From Geosiphon pyriformis uo1 (taxonomy: Eukaryota > Fungi > Glomeromycota), in contig JAAOMT010000483.1 in NCBI GenBank assembly GCA_016748015.1, forward strand, positions 214,739-278,738: 64,000 bases of DNA, in the 5' to 3' direction. Below, in pieces: positions 26,163 through 39,449 of the stretch. Position numbers and translations under genes: made by a program. The notes beneath the pieces were generated by a model that saw only the letters and a list, made by a program, of their open reading frames with translations, ran no database searches and was not told the DNA's origin. Every line of letters starts with the position of its first letter. Position 1 is the first letter of the stretch.

Positions 26163-26369
26163 GGAATATAGGGTGGTTGTTTCTATAGTTCTGGTGTAGA
26201 ATATCTAACTTTCTTCCATCCTCTTGATTCTTCAAAAATCTCCTGTTCTGTTTCTTCAGCCCAATTGGATGTTGATCCAAAAGCCATGTAGGTTTCAGTA
26301 AGTGGCATTTTTTTCTCCTCTTCAAATTCAAATACTGGGGCTTTTTCTGATTGTTTGTTAAAGATACCA

Positions 26370-26735
26370 CAAGTAGCAAATACTATGGTGTATTGTCCTT
26401 GGTATGAGATTTTTAATTCCTAAGTTTCTCAGTCCAAGTTTGCATTGGCCTTAAGAAGCCAATCATTTCCAACCAGAGCTTGGTATTGGGGTGCATCCAT
26501 GACTAGAACTTTGACTGGAATGGTGATTCTATCAATGGTGAATAAAAAATTGTCAATTTCTTCTACTGGTGTCTTTTTCATACCATCTGCTATAACAATT
26601 ACAGTTTGGGCTGGTCTGTTAACAGTTCTTTAAAACTGTTGTATTAACTGGTAGGTAATAATACTTCTAGCTGATCCACTGTCTAGAATTAGTCGGATGG
26701 GTTTTCCTTCTACTGTAGCTTCAGTATACATGGCA
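26370..26735 (-). pseudogene. Aspartic protease domain of D
   Basis: IRLILDSGSARSIIT and ALVGNDWL motifs. Confidence 0.85.
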
Positions 26736-26899
26736 GTGATAGCTTTTTGTTCATTAGCTGCTGCATTATTAAGCAAGAATAGTGATTCATTTGCTTCAAA
26801 TTCGAATGGGAATATATTTGAAAGGTTGGCATTTGGGCAATTTGAACTGGTGGAATAGTGTTGTTGGAAGAGTTTGATCTGGGTGCTGCAACTTCACCT

Positions 26900-28782
26900 T
26901 TAGAAAGTGCAGATTGTTGAAAATCCGATTCCTCTGGTATTGTAAGATAACTGGGTTGAGTGTAATAGTAATTGGGTCTTTGCTGACCAGAATTTCGGGG
27001 AACCAACTGGTTATTTAGATTAATTCTGTTGTTGTTATTCTGAAATTGATTTTGGAGTGTGAATTGGTTATGTTAAACCAATCTTCTTGCTGGTACTTGA
27101 TATTGTTGAGTGGGTGGTATCTAATATTGCTGAATTGGTAAAGATTGCTGATATTGTTGTTGAATTGGTTGTGGAGCTGGTTGATAATAGCTGTTTTGAA
27201 TTTGTGGTCTCAGTGAATAATAAGTTGGTGGTGGAAGTTGGTAATAAGATTGTTGTGGTGAAGAGTAACATTGATTACTCCTGTTTTGTTGATCTCTTTG
27301 TAGTTTCCTGCAATCTCATTTCCAGTGTCCTGAAATTCCACAATAGTAACAATTTTGAGGTTGGTTGTTGGATGGTGGTCTAAAGTTGTTTTGGTTGTGT
27401 CACTGTGGTGGTTGATATTTTTGTGGTTGTTGCTGCTGTTGTTATTGGTTTGTAAAATAGCTTTCAACCTTCTTTGTGAGTTGGTCTATCTTTTCTTCAG
27501 CTGCTGAACTGGTTTCTTCAATAGCCAAGTTAACAAGTTTGGTGTGGTTCATTTCTTCTATAGCCATTTCATAATTTTTTGCATGTCTAATGGCAGTTGC
27601 TAAGTCTGCTGGAACATGTAGACGGACTTTTTTAATCAGTTTGTCTTTTAACCTTGCTATAAATTGATCTAGAATTTGAGCATCAGAATAGTAGTCATTG
27701 GTTTCTAATTGTCAAATTTGTTTGAGAAGTTTGTTGAATCTTCCAAGATAGGTCATAACAGTTTCAGATGTTTCTTGCTTAATATTGCAAAAGCGGTTTC
27801 TAAGAGTGATAGAAGTGTTGTTGTCAGTGAATTGTTGTAGAAAAGCATCTTTAAATGCTTGCCAGTTTTCAAATAATTCTTCTAAGTTTTCAAACCATTC
27901 TTCTGTAGTTCCTTGGAGAAAGTATAGAATTGCTTTGAGCATTCTTGCTGCATTCCAACCATTTGCATCTCCTGCTTTTTGAACTTTGTCAAGCCATTCT
28001 TGAGAACTGGTATCATTATTTTTACCCATGAATTCTGGAATCTTTGCAATATAAGCAGTTGCCATTTCTTCTTCATTTTCTGTGGCTTCTTTTGGTTCTG
28101 GTTCAGTTTCTTCACTTTCCAAGCTTTCTGAATGATTACTTTTGTTTTTCTGTAAGTAATCAATAATATTGGCACTTGTTGATATTGGTTTCTGTTGTTG
28201 AGTAGAATTTCTAGATGACTGAAAATCTTCTGGTCTGGAGAAATGGTCAAGTGGTAAACTTGGTGTTTGTGGTTGAATAAGTGAAATTGGAAATGATGTA
28301 ATAGAAAGTGGTAATTTGACACTGGTTCTTTGTTCAGGTGTTTGCAAGTGTTTGGCAGTTGTCTTTGGTAGTATTGGAGTGTTTGGAGTGGTTCTTGAGT
28401 ATTGTTTCACTTTTTGTTTGCCTTTGTTGCTTGTCTCTGTTTCTAATTCAAAGTTAAAAGAATATTTGGGCTGTACTGAGTATTTTTCTTCACAGTATTC
28501 AATAATATTAAAATTAAGTTCTTGGAAGTAGGTAGCAAGTGTTTTACTGTTCAGGTCTTCTGTTCCCAATTGTGAATAGTGCACTAAATTATTGTAGAGA
28601 TTGCTTCTAACTTTTGAAATGTTGTAGTTTCTAAAAAGATAATTATTGATGCGATTTTCAATATATTGGTATACTGATTTCTTGACAACTTCAATTCCGT
28701 CTGAGATGTTGAATTTTTGCTTGCAGTGAGTGTAAATTGACTGATGATACTCTAGAGTTGTTGTGTCTGGTGTGGTCACCAC
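26900..28782 (-). pseudogene. gag: gag of D
   Basis: 356-aa ORF 27712-28782 with a retrotransposon-gag-like segment (W..FKDAFLQQF...IKQETSETV..Y..RF); downstream CYYCGISGHWK*DC knuckle. Confidence 0.9.
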
Positions 28783-29839
28783 TTTGAATTTGTTGTTGCT
28801 GTGTTATTTCTATAGGAGAGCACCAAATGTTACCAAAGGTTTTTGGTCTCTTTTCTTGAATATTGTAAATGTCTGTTGGTTGCAAATTCACGTTTTCTAG
28901 AAGTAATTAAACCTCCAGTACTGAATTTATCTTCAAATTATTTCCTATAATTTGAACTGCTGGGCTTATAAGTGGAATGGCCAATTCTGTGCCAGTTACT
29001 TTGTGTAGTTATGTTGTAGTAAATGTCAACTCTTTCTCAGGAATTGCTCATCTGGAAGCTCACCAAAATGTGTAGTTACTTTGCTGTAAAAGTCAACCCT
29101 TCTACAGAAATCTCGTCTGTAGGCTACTCTAATGATTATAGTAAAAAAATAAAAGAAAATAAAAGAAATATAAAAGAAATTGAATTCTGTCAAGGGAAAC
29201 GTTTTTTATTCAGGCCTGAAGTTACTAACAGTTTACTGAAATTGGTAGCTAATCAATTTCAAAACATTAGTTGGGTTTTGGGGATTTTCCAACTGCAATA
29301 ATTAAAGAATTTGGTTTTTCAAATTATTTGATATTTATTTCTTTTTGTGTGTATAGGAATAGTTCTAAGTAATAAATCTAAAGTAAGATATATTTTTTTG
29401 AAGAGAAAAGCTTTTTTTTTATACAACTTGTTGTAGTACTAGTCTATGAACTTGCACTTTTTCTCTTTGCTCAAATTTTGGCAAACTAAAGATACATTTT
29501 GATGGACTACAAGTTATTTCGCTGAACTATTGATTAATTTGGGTGAACTATTCATAATTTCGGCAAATTTCTATAAATTTCAGCGAATTTCTTATAAATT
29601 TCAGTGAATTTCTGTAAATTTCAGCGAATTTTTGAATGTTACAAAGTTCAGGGTATTGTGTAATTTGATCATCCTACTTTCTGTTATACTAATTGGATTA
29701 TTTAATTGAATCATGATATGTGATAATTGATTAAATAATAAATGATAATTTGAAATAATATTAATATACTAATTAATTATAGAAATTATAAGAGTAATTT
29801 TATGCTAATTAATAGCTAAAATTTTACTGGTAACACTGC

Positions 29840-32800
29840 CAATACTCTCATGGAATGACAAAGAGAAGGGAAAAAAAAAAACATATCTGAAGAAACCACA
29901 GCCATTAAAGAAATAGATAGTGATTGGAGAAAATTATACTCAACCAACACTAGACTAAAATCATTATATATACTATTAAAATGTAAGGATTGTAGGAAAA
30001 AACTGTCTTTTATAAGAGCTTGGGTTGTGTCCAATAAAGACTATTGAACATAAACCCATTATTACTGCAAATTATGTCATAGAAAATATTATGGTTACTT
30101 TAAACAATAAAAAAAGTAAAACAATGAACTATGTTTTGCTTATAGAGAGCAGTTGCTCGATAAAAGAATGTGAAACAACATTCCTGGTTGAGAAGAAATA
30201 TATAATGCTTTGTGCCAATATACAATCCTCATAAGTGATTGGGTAAGTCATAGAACACTTATTAATGCAGCATGGCATCAAACAATCTCTTACTTGGACA
30301 GTTATTTACACAATAAAGATGAAATTTGGAGAATAGTAAACACCAAAGTCAAAGACACATTGCCCAGTAAAATTCTGAAAATCAAAAACAATCTACCAAA
30401 ACCAGTAGAAACAATTCACATTTTCAATCCTAATGCTTTTCTGGATGTTAAAACTGGTTCAGAAGAATTCCACAACTATTGCCAAAACTTGGCACTGATT
30501 AAAAAAAAGCAAGAACAGCATTTAAAACAATTAAACACCCAATTATGTGACCATTATTTAATTCTATATAACTTTTAATATTGTAATAAGTGTAATCTTA
30601 TTTACAATCTACCACCATGCATGATTTACACAATCTCTAAAGAAGAAAAACCAATCAACAGCTGTGCATCAGAATCAGAATCAACATTCAATTCTGATTC
30701 AAACTCTAACAGCAATAACAACAATAGCTCCAGTTTTATTCAAAATGACAATAATAATACTGACAATTCAAACTTCGATTCAAACCTTGAACAATACATC
30801 ACACTTTCTAATCTCTCTAAAGAGCAGAAACTAAGATGGTACAGCAACAATAATGAAGGTATTATGTCAAAACGTGTACATAATATTAATGCAAAGTTTG
30901 ATTTGAGATATCCTGGAAAAAATGCCATTAAATTGAATCACATTTGTGCACATGTATTGATTTGAAAATAGCACTAAAAATTCTAGCAACAACAATAGTT
31001 CAGTTAGCATCCAAGAATAGTTTAGCAAAAAAAGAGATTAACATCAAAAGAGGAATAATTGACATAGGATATATAAGAAATATTATTATAATGCTACAAA
31101 ATAACTTAAAAAAGACCTATATTATAGAACTAAACAAAAAGATAGTATAAACAATATTTCTGCCTCTGGTTAAAATAGCTCAGTTAGTATCAGTAAAAAA
31201 CAAGAAAAAATTAAGAATTATAACAAGAGGGATAAATGAATTTAGATTTACAGGTAGGGTAGATGTATCAGTTAATATGGCAGAAGAAAAAATTATTAAC
31301 AAAGAAGAAATTATTTCTATCCATTAATTATTCTCTATTCTACCATATAATCAGTACATATTAGCAATAGAAAGAAAAATAAAGGATCAAGTCCAGATTT
31401 TTGAAGTCAAATCAAACATTTGTGAGTTAAGAGAAATTGGACTTACCAATCTTTATATACCAGCCAAAAACCATAATCATATCAAAATTCTCATCTACAA
31501 TACAACAGGAAATATTATTGAAATACTAAAAGGAACCACCATCAGATATTTAAGCATTGAAGTTAAAGAACAACCACCAAACCCCATTTCAGACTTTCTA
31601 CAACTATGTGGATATGTGGATATCACATCATAAACAATATATAAACGAGAAGAATGTTATCTACTTCAACTAAAACAATTAGAACAGATAAACTTGAAAA
31701 ATTTAGACCCATTACAACATATGTAGCTTAAGATATTACTTAACAACTTCAACAACATTTTTGCCAGTAAAAATGAATTTGGCAGAACTAATATAATCTA
31801 ACATTAAATCAAGACTGGAGATGCAATGCCAATCAAACAAAGAGCATACCAAGTACTACCAGCAAGCCAGAAAATTATTTGACAAAAAATCAATCAGATA
31901 TTAGACAATAAGTTAATTCAACCATTAATAAATCCATAATTATTACCAGTAGTACTAGTCTGTAAAAGAATAGAAAGATTCACTTTTGTGTGGATTACAG
32001 AAAACTCAATAGAGTAACTTATAAAGACAGTTATCTAACTCCACAGATTCAAGAATTGTTTGACACTTTTGGAGAAAAGAAATAATTCTCAATATTGAAT
32101 CTAGACAGTAGTTATTAACAAGTAGCTATAAATTCAGCCAATAAAAAGAAGACCACATTCACAACAAAAAAAAAATTTTGAGTTTGAAGTAATGCTATTT
32201 GGCTTGATAAACACTTCAACCATGTTTTAATGGCTCATAGAAATTGTCTATACCAGACTGCTATAGAAATCAGTAGTTATATATCTGAATGACACCAATA
32301 TATTTTCAAAAACATTTGATGATTATTTTTATTATCTACAGCAAGTGTTTAAAAAACTCAGACATGCCAAATTAAAATTAAATGCAAACAAGTGCTTTTT
32401 TAACAAAACAGAACTGAAATTCTTAGGACATATCATGAGCAAAAATGGCATCAAAATAGATCCAGACAAAATTAAAATAGTCAAAAACTTTCCAGTACTA
32501 ACCAACTTGATGGAACTAAGAGTATTTTTAGAATTTGCAGGTTATTACTGCCACTTCATTAAAGACTTTTTTAAACTGGCTCAACCACTTCACTAGCTTC
32601 AAACCAAGAATATTAAATACAAGTGAACAAAAATTCAGCAAGAAGCTTTCAATATATTGCAAAAAAAGCTTATCTAAGCATCAGTACTGATCTATTCAGA
32701 TTACAACAAATCATTTATCATCACTACCAATGTATTAGATTAAGCATTGAAAGCTGTATTATCTCAGAGAAAACTGGATGGAAGAGAACATCCAGTAGCA

Positions 32801-34480
32801 TATGCCAGTTGAAGTTTAAGTCCAGCAGAAAAAAACTATAAAACACCAGTGCTAGAACACTTAACTATTTACTAAGCAGTTATCAAATAGAAGAAATATT
32901 TGAGCCAAAAGTTCAATGTATATACTAATCACAAGGGATTGACTTTAATTCAGAAACAAAAATTCAGAGATGATTGCCATGCAAGATAAAAAATAGAATT
33001 ATCACTATTCAATTATATAGTGTATTATAAAAAAAGAAAAAAAAAACAGAAATACTAATGGTTTGTTACAAATAAAACAAATCTGAGAACATTTCAACTC
33101 AAAAATATAACAAAAAATGAATTCACAAAAATATCAACAACTTCAACAATATATTGATACCCAATTGTTCAAAGAAAAATTATTTCAAAAAGAACAAAGC
33201 AACATAAAACAACAATCCAAATATTTTATCAACCACCAAAATATATTATATTGAAAAAATAAAAAAGATCCAGACCAATTACTTAGAGTAATTACAGAAT
33301 CAAAAAAAGAAACAATACTATTTAATATGTACTCAAATTCAACAGCAAAACATTTTCATAAAGAAGCAACTATAGAAAGAACCAGAAAAAGATACTATTG
33401 GCCATCCATATATCCAGATATTATTTAATATGTTCAAAATTGTAATGCTTGTTAAAGAAGAGGAGGAACAAGACCCAGCAAGCCATTAAGACCAATTAAA
33501 ATAGAACAACCATTCAATTGTATTGGAATTAACTTAGTCAGACCACTAACAATTACCAGCAGAGAAAACAGATATATTGCAGTAGCTATAAACTATCTCA
33601 CAAAATGGCCAAAAGCAAAAGCAATTCAAAGAACAAATGCAAAATCCATTACCAAATTCATTTATCAAGACTTAATTTAACATAGATGTCCAAAAAAATT
33701 GTTATCAGACCAAGGAACTTACTTTGTGAACAGAATATTGGCAGAATTAAGTCAAAGATTTTGGAATTAAATGACCATTATCATCACCATATTATCCACA
33801 AACCAATGGTTTAGTTGAAAGATTCAATAGAACACTATGTGAAACAATTGCTAAAATCAGTCAAAAAACCAGGACAAATAAGATTTGTTTATACCATCAG
33901 TATTATTTGCTTATTGAACAATAAAGCAAGATACTACATAAACAATACCATTTAAATTGGTATATTATAGAACAGCAACACTATTAGTCGAAATAAAAGT
34001 CAAGACATATCTAATTGAACCAATAACAGAAGACAATTTTCAAGAAACATTGTTGAGAAAAACATATAACTTAATAGAAATACTAGAAAACAAATAACGA
34101 AAAACAGCTAATAACATCCAAAAGTTACAAAAAAAACAAAAAAAATGACATAATAACCAATTACCAGATAAACCAGTTGAATTTAGGATTGGAAACAGAA
34201 TACTTTTACATTATACCAAAGTGGAAAAACAATGGAGTAGAAAATTTGACCCCAAATAGAATAGACCATTTCACATAAAAAAAATTCTAGGGAATAAAGC
34301 TTATAAATTAAGATGGAACAACAAAATCTTAACCAAAACAGCACATGATAATCGACTAAAACTCTATTACCACACACCATTATTTACCAATAATATTCCA
34401 CAACTGGGAGTACAAAGAATACTAGTAAGACCAGATAAGATTCCACAAGATTTAGAACCAATTATATGCATTGAAACAAA
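29840..34480 (+). pseudogene. pol: pol of C continued: Cys-rich domain, dUTPase ~30830-31260, RT ~31825-32620, RNase H, integrase ~33150-34380
   Basis: NAKFDLRY, RGIIDIGY, YLND, KFLGH, LLSDQGT and NGLVERFN motifs. Confidence 0.88.
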
Positions 34481-34547
34481 ACACATTGATCTGATTTACC
34501 AAAACAATATATAAGGAACCAAAACACGTAACAATAACAACAGAAAA

Positions 34548-35193
34548 ATGAAAATTCCAGACCATATTTATCAACTAGCACAACAATTATTTTAGGCCAT
34601 AAATTAATAACAAACAGACATAAAAATAATGATCAATCATCAAACCATCTACTATAAAAACACTAAAAAAAAAGGAAAAAGACTACACTATATTAATGAA
34701 CACACAAAAAAATTAGCAATAATATTAACAAAATTGTTAAGAAAGTAAAAAGCACTCTTGAAAAACCAACTGTTATTGTCTAATTAAGAAAAATGATAAC
34801 AGAAAATTGGAATCAATGGATAGAACAATTTCCAGTTTTATATTGCTATTAACATTTGGAACAAAAATTAATAATTCAGAATTTATATATGGATCAAACC
34901 AAAAAAGTCTTTGATCAAAAAATTATACAAGACATAGAAAACTTTATTGAAAAGAAATCTAATTCGGATATATACATCAAAACTATCTACCAAATATACA
35001 CATCTTTCAAGACTATCCAGAAATACTATTACAATCAGAAATTAGTAGCTTATCTGTTAATCAATGGGGAAAAATAACCAACAGCCAGTTTAAGAAACTC
35101 CATAGAACAATAGATAAAATAATTTTAGAAAAGAAAGTTATGGAATTATTACAAAAAAAAATATTAGGAGATTTTGATGGAGCTCAATATTAA
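34548..35193 (+). pseudogene. ORF3 remnant of C
   Basis: MKIPDHIYQLAQQLF start, ORF 34856-35077, ends DFDGAQY* at the PPT. Confidence 0.65.
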
Positions 35194-38100
35194 AAAGGAG
35201 AAAATAATATTACACTTAGAAAAGAAAAAAATAAGACATAATTAAAAAAAGAGAAAACACATGATTATAAATTAGCCAATTAGAATAGAAAAAGAAAAAA
35301 AAGGATTTTTCAGGAAATCTTGGATGTTTCAAAAAATTCAGAATTATTTAGGAATCCAAGATATTTCAGAAAAGTTGAGAATTTTTCAAAAAATCCTAGA
35401 TGTTTCAGGAAATCAAGAATTTTGCAGAAAAATTTAGCAAAGAAAAAGAATTTCTCATGTAAAGAGAATTATGTATATATAGCAGTAGCATTAAAAGCAG
35501 AAAAAAGACAAATTCCACTTAGGATAAAAATTCCTATTTCTATTTCTACTTTATTATTTCAAGAATAGTTACTATTAACTAAAGTAAAAAGCACCAAATA
35601 TTAAATAAAACTATACATGTTACTATCACTTGATTGAAAATCTGATTCAACTCTCTATTATCAACACTTTATGTTGATAATATTCAACACTTAATCACAC
35701 TAAAACAATAGCTCTTGATCATGGCTATTGATAGAATACTAATTGTTTTTGCCTTGGCTTAATTTCTTTATTTTTTTTATTTTATTTCTTTTGTTGTTTC
35801 CATGTTGTTTACTAATTGATTAAGAATTAAGTACTAAGTTACAGATATTATAGGGACTGGTAAAAGACTCATGAAACAAGGGTAGAACACTCATAGAATT
35901 GAGGATAGCTTACTAGAAAGATTACTGACCACCACACCAAGAAAAAAATTTGATGAAATTGCAATTTCGGGAAACTACTAAAAACAATCAAGAAATCTTT
36001 GTCTATTATACAAAGAACTTAACAAAAATCTTCAGATCATCAAAACCTTTAGATATCACTATCATAACAGCTATTGAACATCAAGTTATGGATTTGTTAT
36101 TTGATTTAAAATCTTACATAATTATTTGTAATATTAATTACTGTCACATCAACCTGATTTCAAAATTGTTAGTCCTTGAAAATTAACAGAATCAGAAAAA
36201 AAGGAAAATAACAATCAAAAATTTAATTATCAAAACCCAATCTTAGAAAACCTAAAAATTCAAACTTCAATTGTTCCAACTTAACAAAATTAAAACAATC
36301 TGAATTTTACCATTATTAATTAACCAAACTTACCTTCAGAAATTGTAATTAATCCATCACCAATTATACCAATTATTGTACAACTCCAGCCACAGCCACA
36401 ATCTCAACAACAATCAAATCTACTACAACAACTGATTACAGTACCAATAGCCTATGCACCAATTACCAAACTGAAAAAATTTACTGGTAAAAAAGATAAT
36501 GTGCAAGCATGGCTAAACAATGTGGAAAAAGCTATTGCAGCCAATAAATAGAATAATACCAAAATACTATAAGCCATCTCATACTTTCTTCAGGATATTG
36601 CTAACTTGTATTAAAGCTTGGCAAATAAATTCCAAGATTTTAATGTGTTTAAACTTGAGTTCTTAAGATACTTTAATAACAATAACAGCATTAATTACCT
36701 AGCTAATACTTTTATCACTATTAAACAAAAAAATACTAAAGCCATTATTACCTACTTGGAATGTTTCTACCAGACTTTGTGCCAAATTCAAGCAATTGAT
36801 ACAGTCTACTTCACAGAACTGCAGATTCTGAACTAATTCATTCATGATCTGCACAGTAGCATTCTACAATACATGCCTATTATATCCAAACAACTTTCAA
36901 GCTGCTGTTATACATATCAGAAACTTTGAATTAGCTAAACTCAAAGCCAACCATAATCAAGCCATAAATCTAGTAATAAACAGATCATTTAAATTAGATT
37001 CCAAATTAAAACAATTTAGTAATTCAATCAACCAGAAATTGAAAGAATACTTAGCTAATAATCAGACCATTTATCAACCTCCACAATAATGCAATAATCA
37101 AGAAAACTTAAATTATTTCCAAAATCAGTTGTGTTCTTTATTATCAACCAATTAACCATGGCAGCCAGAAATGCATATCTTCCATAATTGTGGTAAACAA
37201 GATCACATCAAAATTGACTGCTATTATAATGGTAATTCACAATTGGAAAATCAATATTGAAACTTTGATCACCAATTTTAAATTCCAAATTATTCTCTAA
37301 ATCAAGATCAATATCAACTCTATTATTCACAAATGACATAATAACTAATATACTTACCTTCAATATATTAAACTTCAGCACTCATAATATATTAGCCACA
37401 GCCACAATAATCTATTAAACCCAATCAATTCAAACACCATTACCAAACTCAGCTCAAATATCATCTAAAACTCAAAGGCCAAGAATCACACACACTCAAC
37501 AAAACTGGAGATTAGTGATGGTAATGCACCAACCAATTTTCAGTTCATTAAGTCAACCATTAAAATCTTATCAGTGGAATTCAAAAACTGGGTATATTCA
37601 AAACCCACATTCCCAGAACTATTTAAGTCTTCTGGTTACTCCAGCAGATGCTTTACTTAATAATTTAGAAACCAACAAAAAACCACTCACTAATAATATA
37701 CTTCTAGTAACTGTCACTAATGACAAATCATTAGCCACTATTTTTCTCTTTGAACTCAAAAAACTGACAGAAACCTTTTTATTCAGTAAAGTTATTCTTA
37801 ACACAAAACCAATTACTGCAATATACACTGATGTTAAAGTTGATAGTTAGTTTATCAAACTGATTCTAGACAACAGTTTAGCAGGCAACATTATTACCCA
37901 ACAACTCATGAACCAATTAAGTCATCAAGTTAATCATACTATCAGTGCCAGAATTATTATCACTAATAGAGTAACAAAAATGTCTATTGGTAAAATTGAT
38001 GACTTTCTGTTTAAAGTCAGTAGCATAATCATGTTCATAAAGGTTTTTGTTATAGAAGCCACACAATATTAAACTTTTATTGGTAATAACTGGTTAATCA

Positions 38101-39449
38101 AAACCAATATAGTGCTCAACTAGAACAACCAGGAGTTATAATTCAGTTAAAACAGCCAACACACTTAAGTACTAGCCACTTGTGATTATTTCAAGACTAC
38201 CATCATACCAGCACTATTAATAAAATTCAAAGAAAAAAAAAAGAAATCTATTTGGAAAGCCTATCAAGTTTCATGGACTGACAATGACCACAATAAATTA
38301 TTACTAATATTCTCTTAAGATGACAAAAAAAAAAAAAAAAAAAAAAAAAAAACAAAAAAAAAAAAAAAAAAAAAAAAAAAAGGACATACCTGAAAAAGCC
38401 ACAGCCATTGAAAAACTAAATAATGATTAGAAAAGATCCTATTTAACTAGACTAAAACCCCCATATATACTATTAAAATATAAGAACTACAAGAAAAAGC
38501 TGTCCTCTATAAGAGCCTGGATTACACCTAATAAAGACTATTAAACACACACTCATTACTACTGTAAGTCATGTTACTAAAAACAATACAGCTATTCAAA
38601 ATAACAAGGCAAGTAGAACAATGAACCATGTTTTGCTTGTGAAGAACAGTTACTTAATAAAGGAATATGAAATGACATTTCTGGACAAGGCAGAATATGT
38701 GATGCATTATGTCAATACATAATTCTTATAAACAACTGGATGAGTTGTAGTATGCCTTTCAATGCCACATAGAACTGAGTTTTGTCACACTTAGACAGTT
38801 ACTCACATGATAAAAACAAGATCTAGAGGATGGCAAAAGCCAAAGTTGAAAATACTTCACTCAGTAAGATCCTGGAAATAAAGAACAACCCATCAGAACC
38901 AGTTAATATTGTTTTTATTCCCAATTCTGATGCATTTTTTGATATTAAAACAAACCCAAAAGAATTCTATGAATATTACAAAAACCTAGCACTCACTAAA
39001 AAAGAGCAAAAACAGCATTTGAAACAGCTAAATACAAGACTGTATAAATATTGCCTAATTTTTAGTGACTTTAAATATTGCAATAATTGTGATATTGTTT
39101 ACAATCCAATATCATAAATAATTTATTCAATCTCTGAAAAAAAAAGCTATTTGGCAAGTGCACAGTAGAATCAAAATCAAAATTTAATCCCAATTCAAAC
39201 TTTGACAATAATGATAATAATAATAATTCCAGTTCTATTCAAAATGACAATGACAATAGTAACAATTTAAACTCTGATTCAAACTCAAAACAATACATTG
39301 CACTCTCTAATCTTGCAAAGAAGTAAGAACTCAAATGGTTTAGTGATAATAATGAAGGTATTATGTTAGAACATATACATAATACCAATGCAAAATTTGA
39401 TTTAAGATATCTAAAAAAAGATGTCATTAGATTGGAACCATATTTACAC

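Larger units (their letters stand above)
19877..29835 (-). mobile_element. Ty3/gypsy element D (distinct LTR family, best preserved copy)
   Basis: Two 1008-bp LTRs (28828-29835, 19877-20884); perfect TSD ctgc/ctgc; PBS TGGTGCTCTC 28816-28825; PPT 20885-20900; longest ORFs of the window. Confidence 0.95.
16080..36133 (+). mobile_element. Ty3/gypsy element C, full length, inserted in gag of B, contains D
   Basis: LTRs 16080-17018 and 35208-36133; PBS 17021-17037; PPT ~35192-35207; TSD tcga/ttaa. Confidence 0.9.

Noticed and set aside
38325-38380. ~55-nt poly(A) run suggesting a LINE/SINE tail
   Set aside because: It sits at a purine-rich Lys/Glu-coding stretch present in sister elements; G>A decay plus slippage or a homopolymer error explains it, and there is no TSD.
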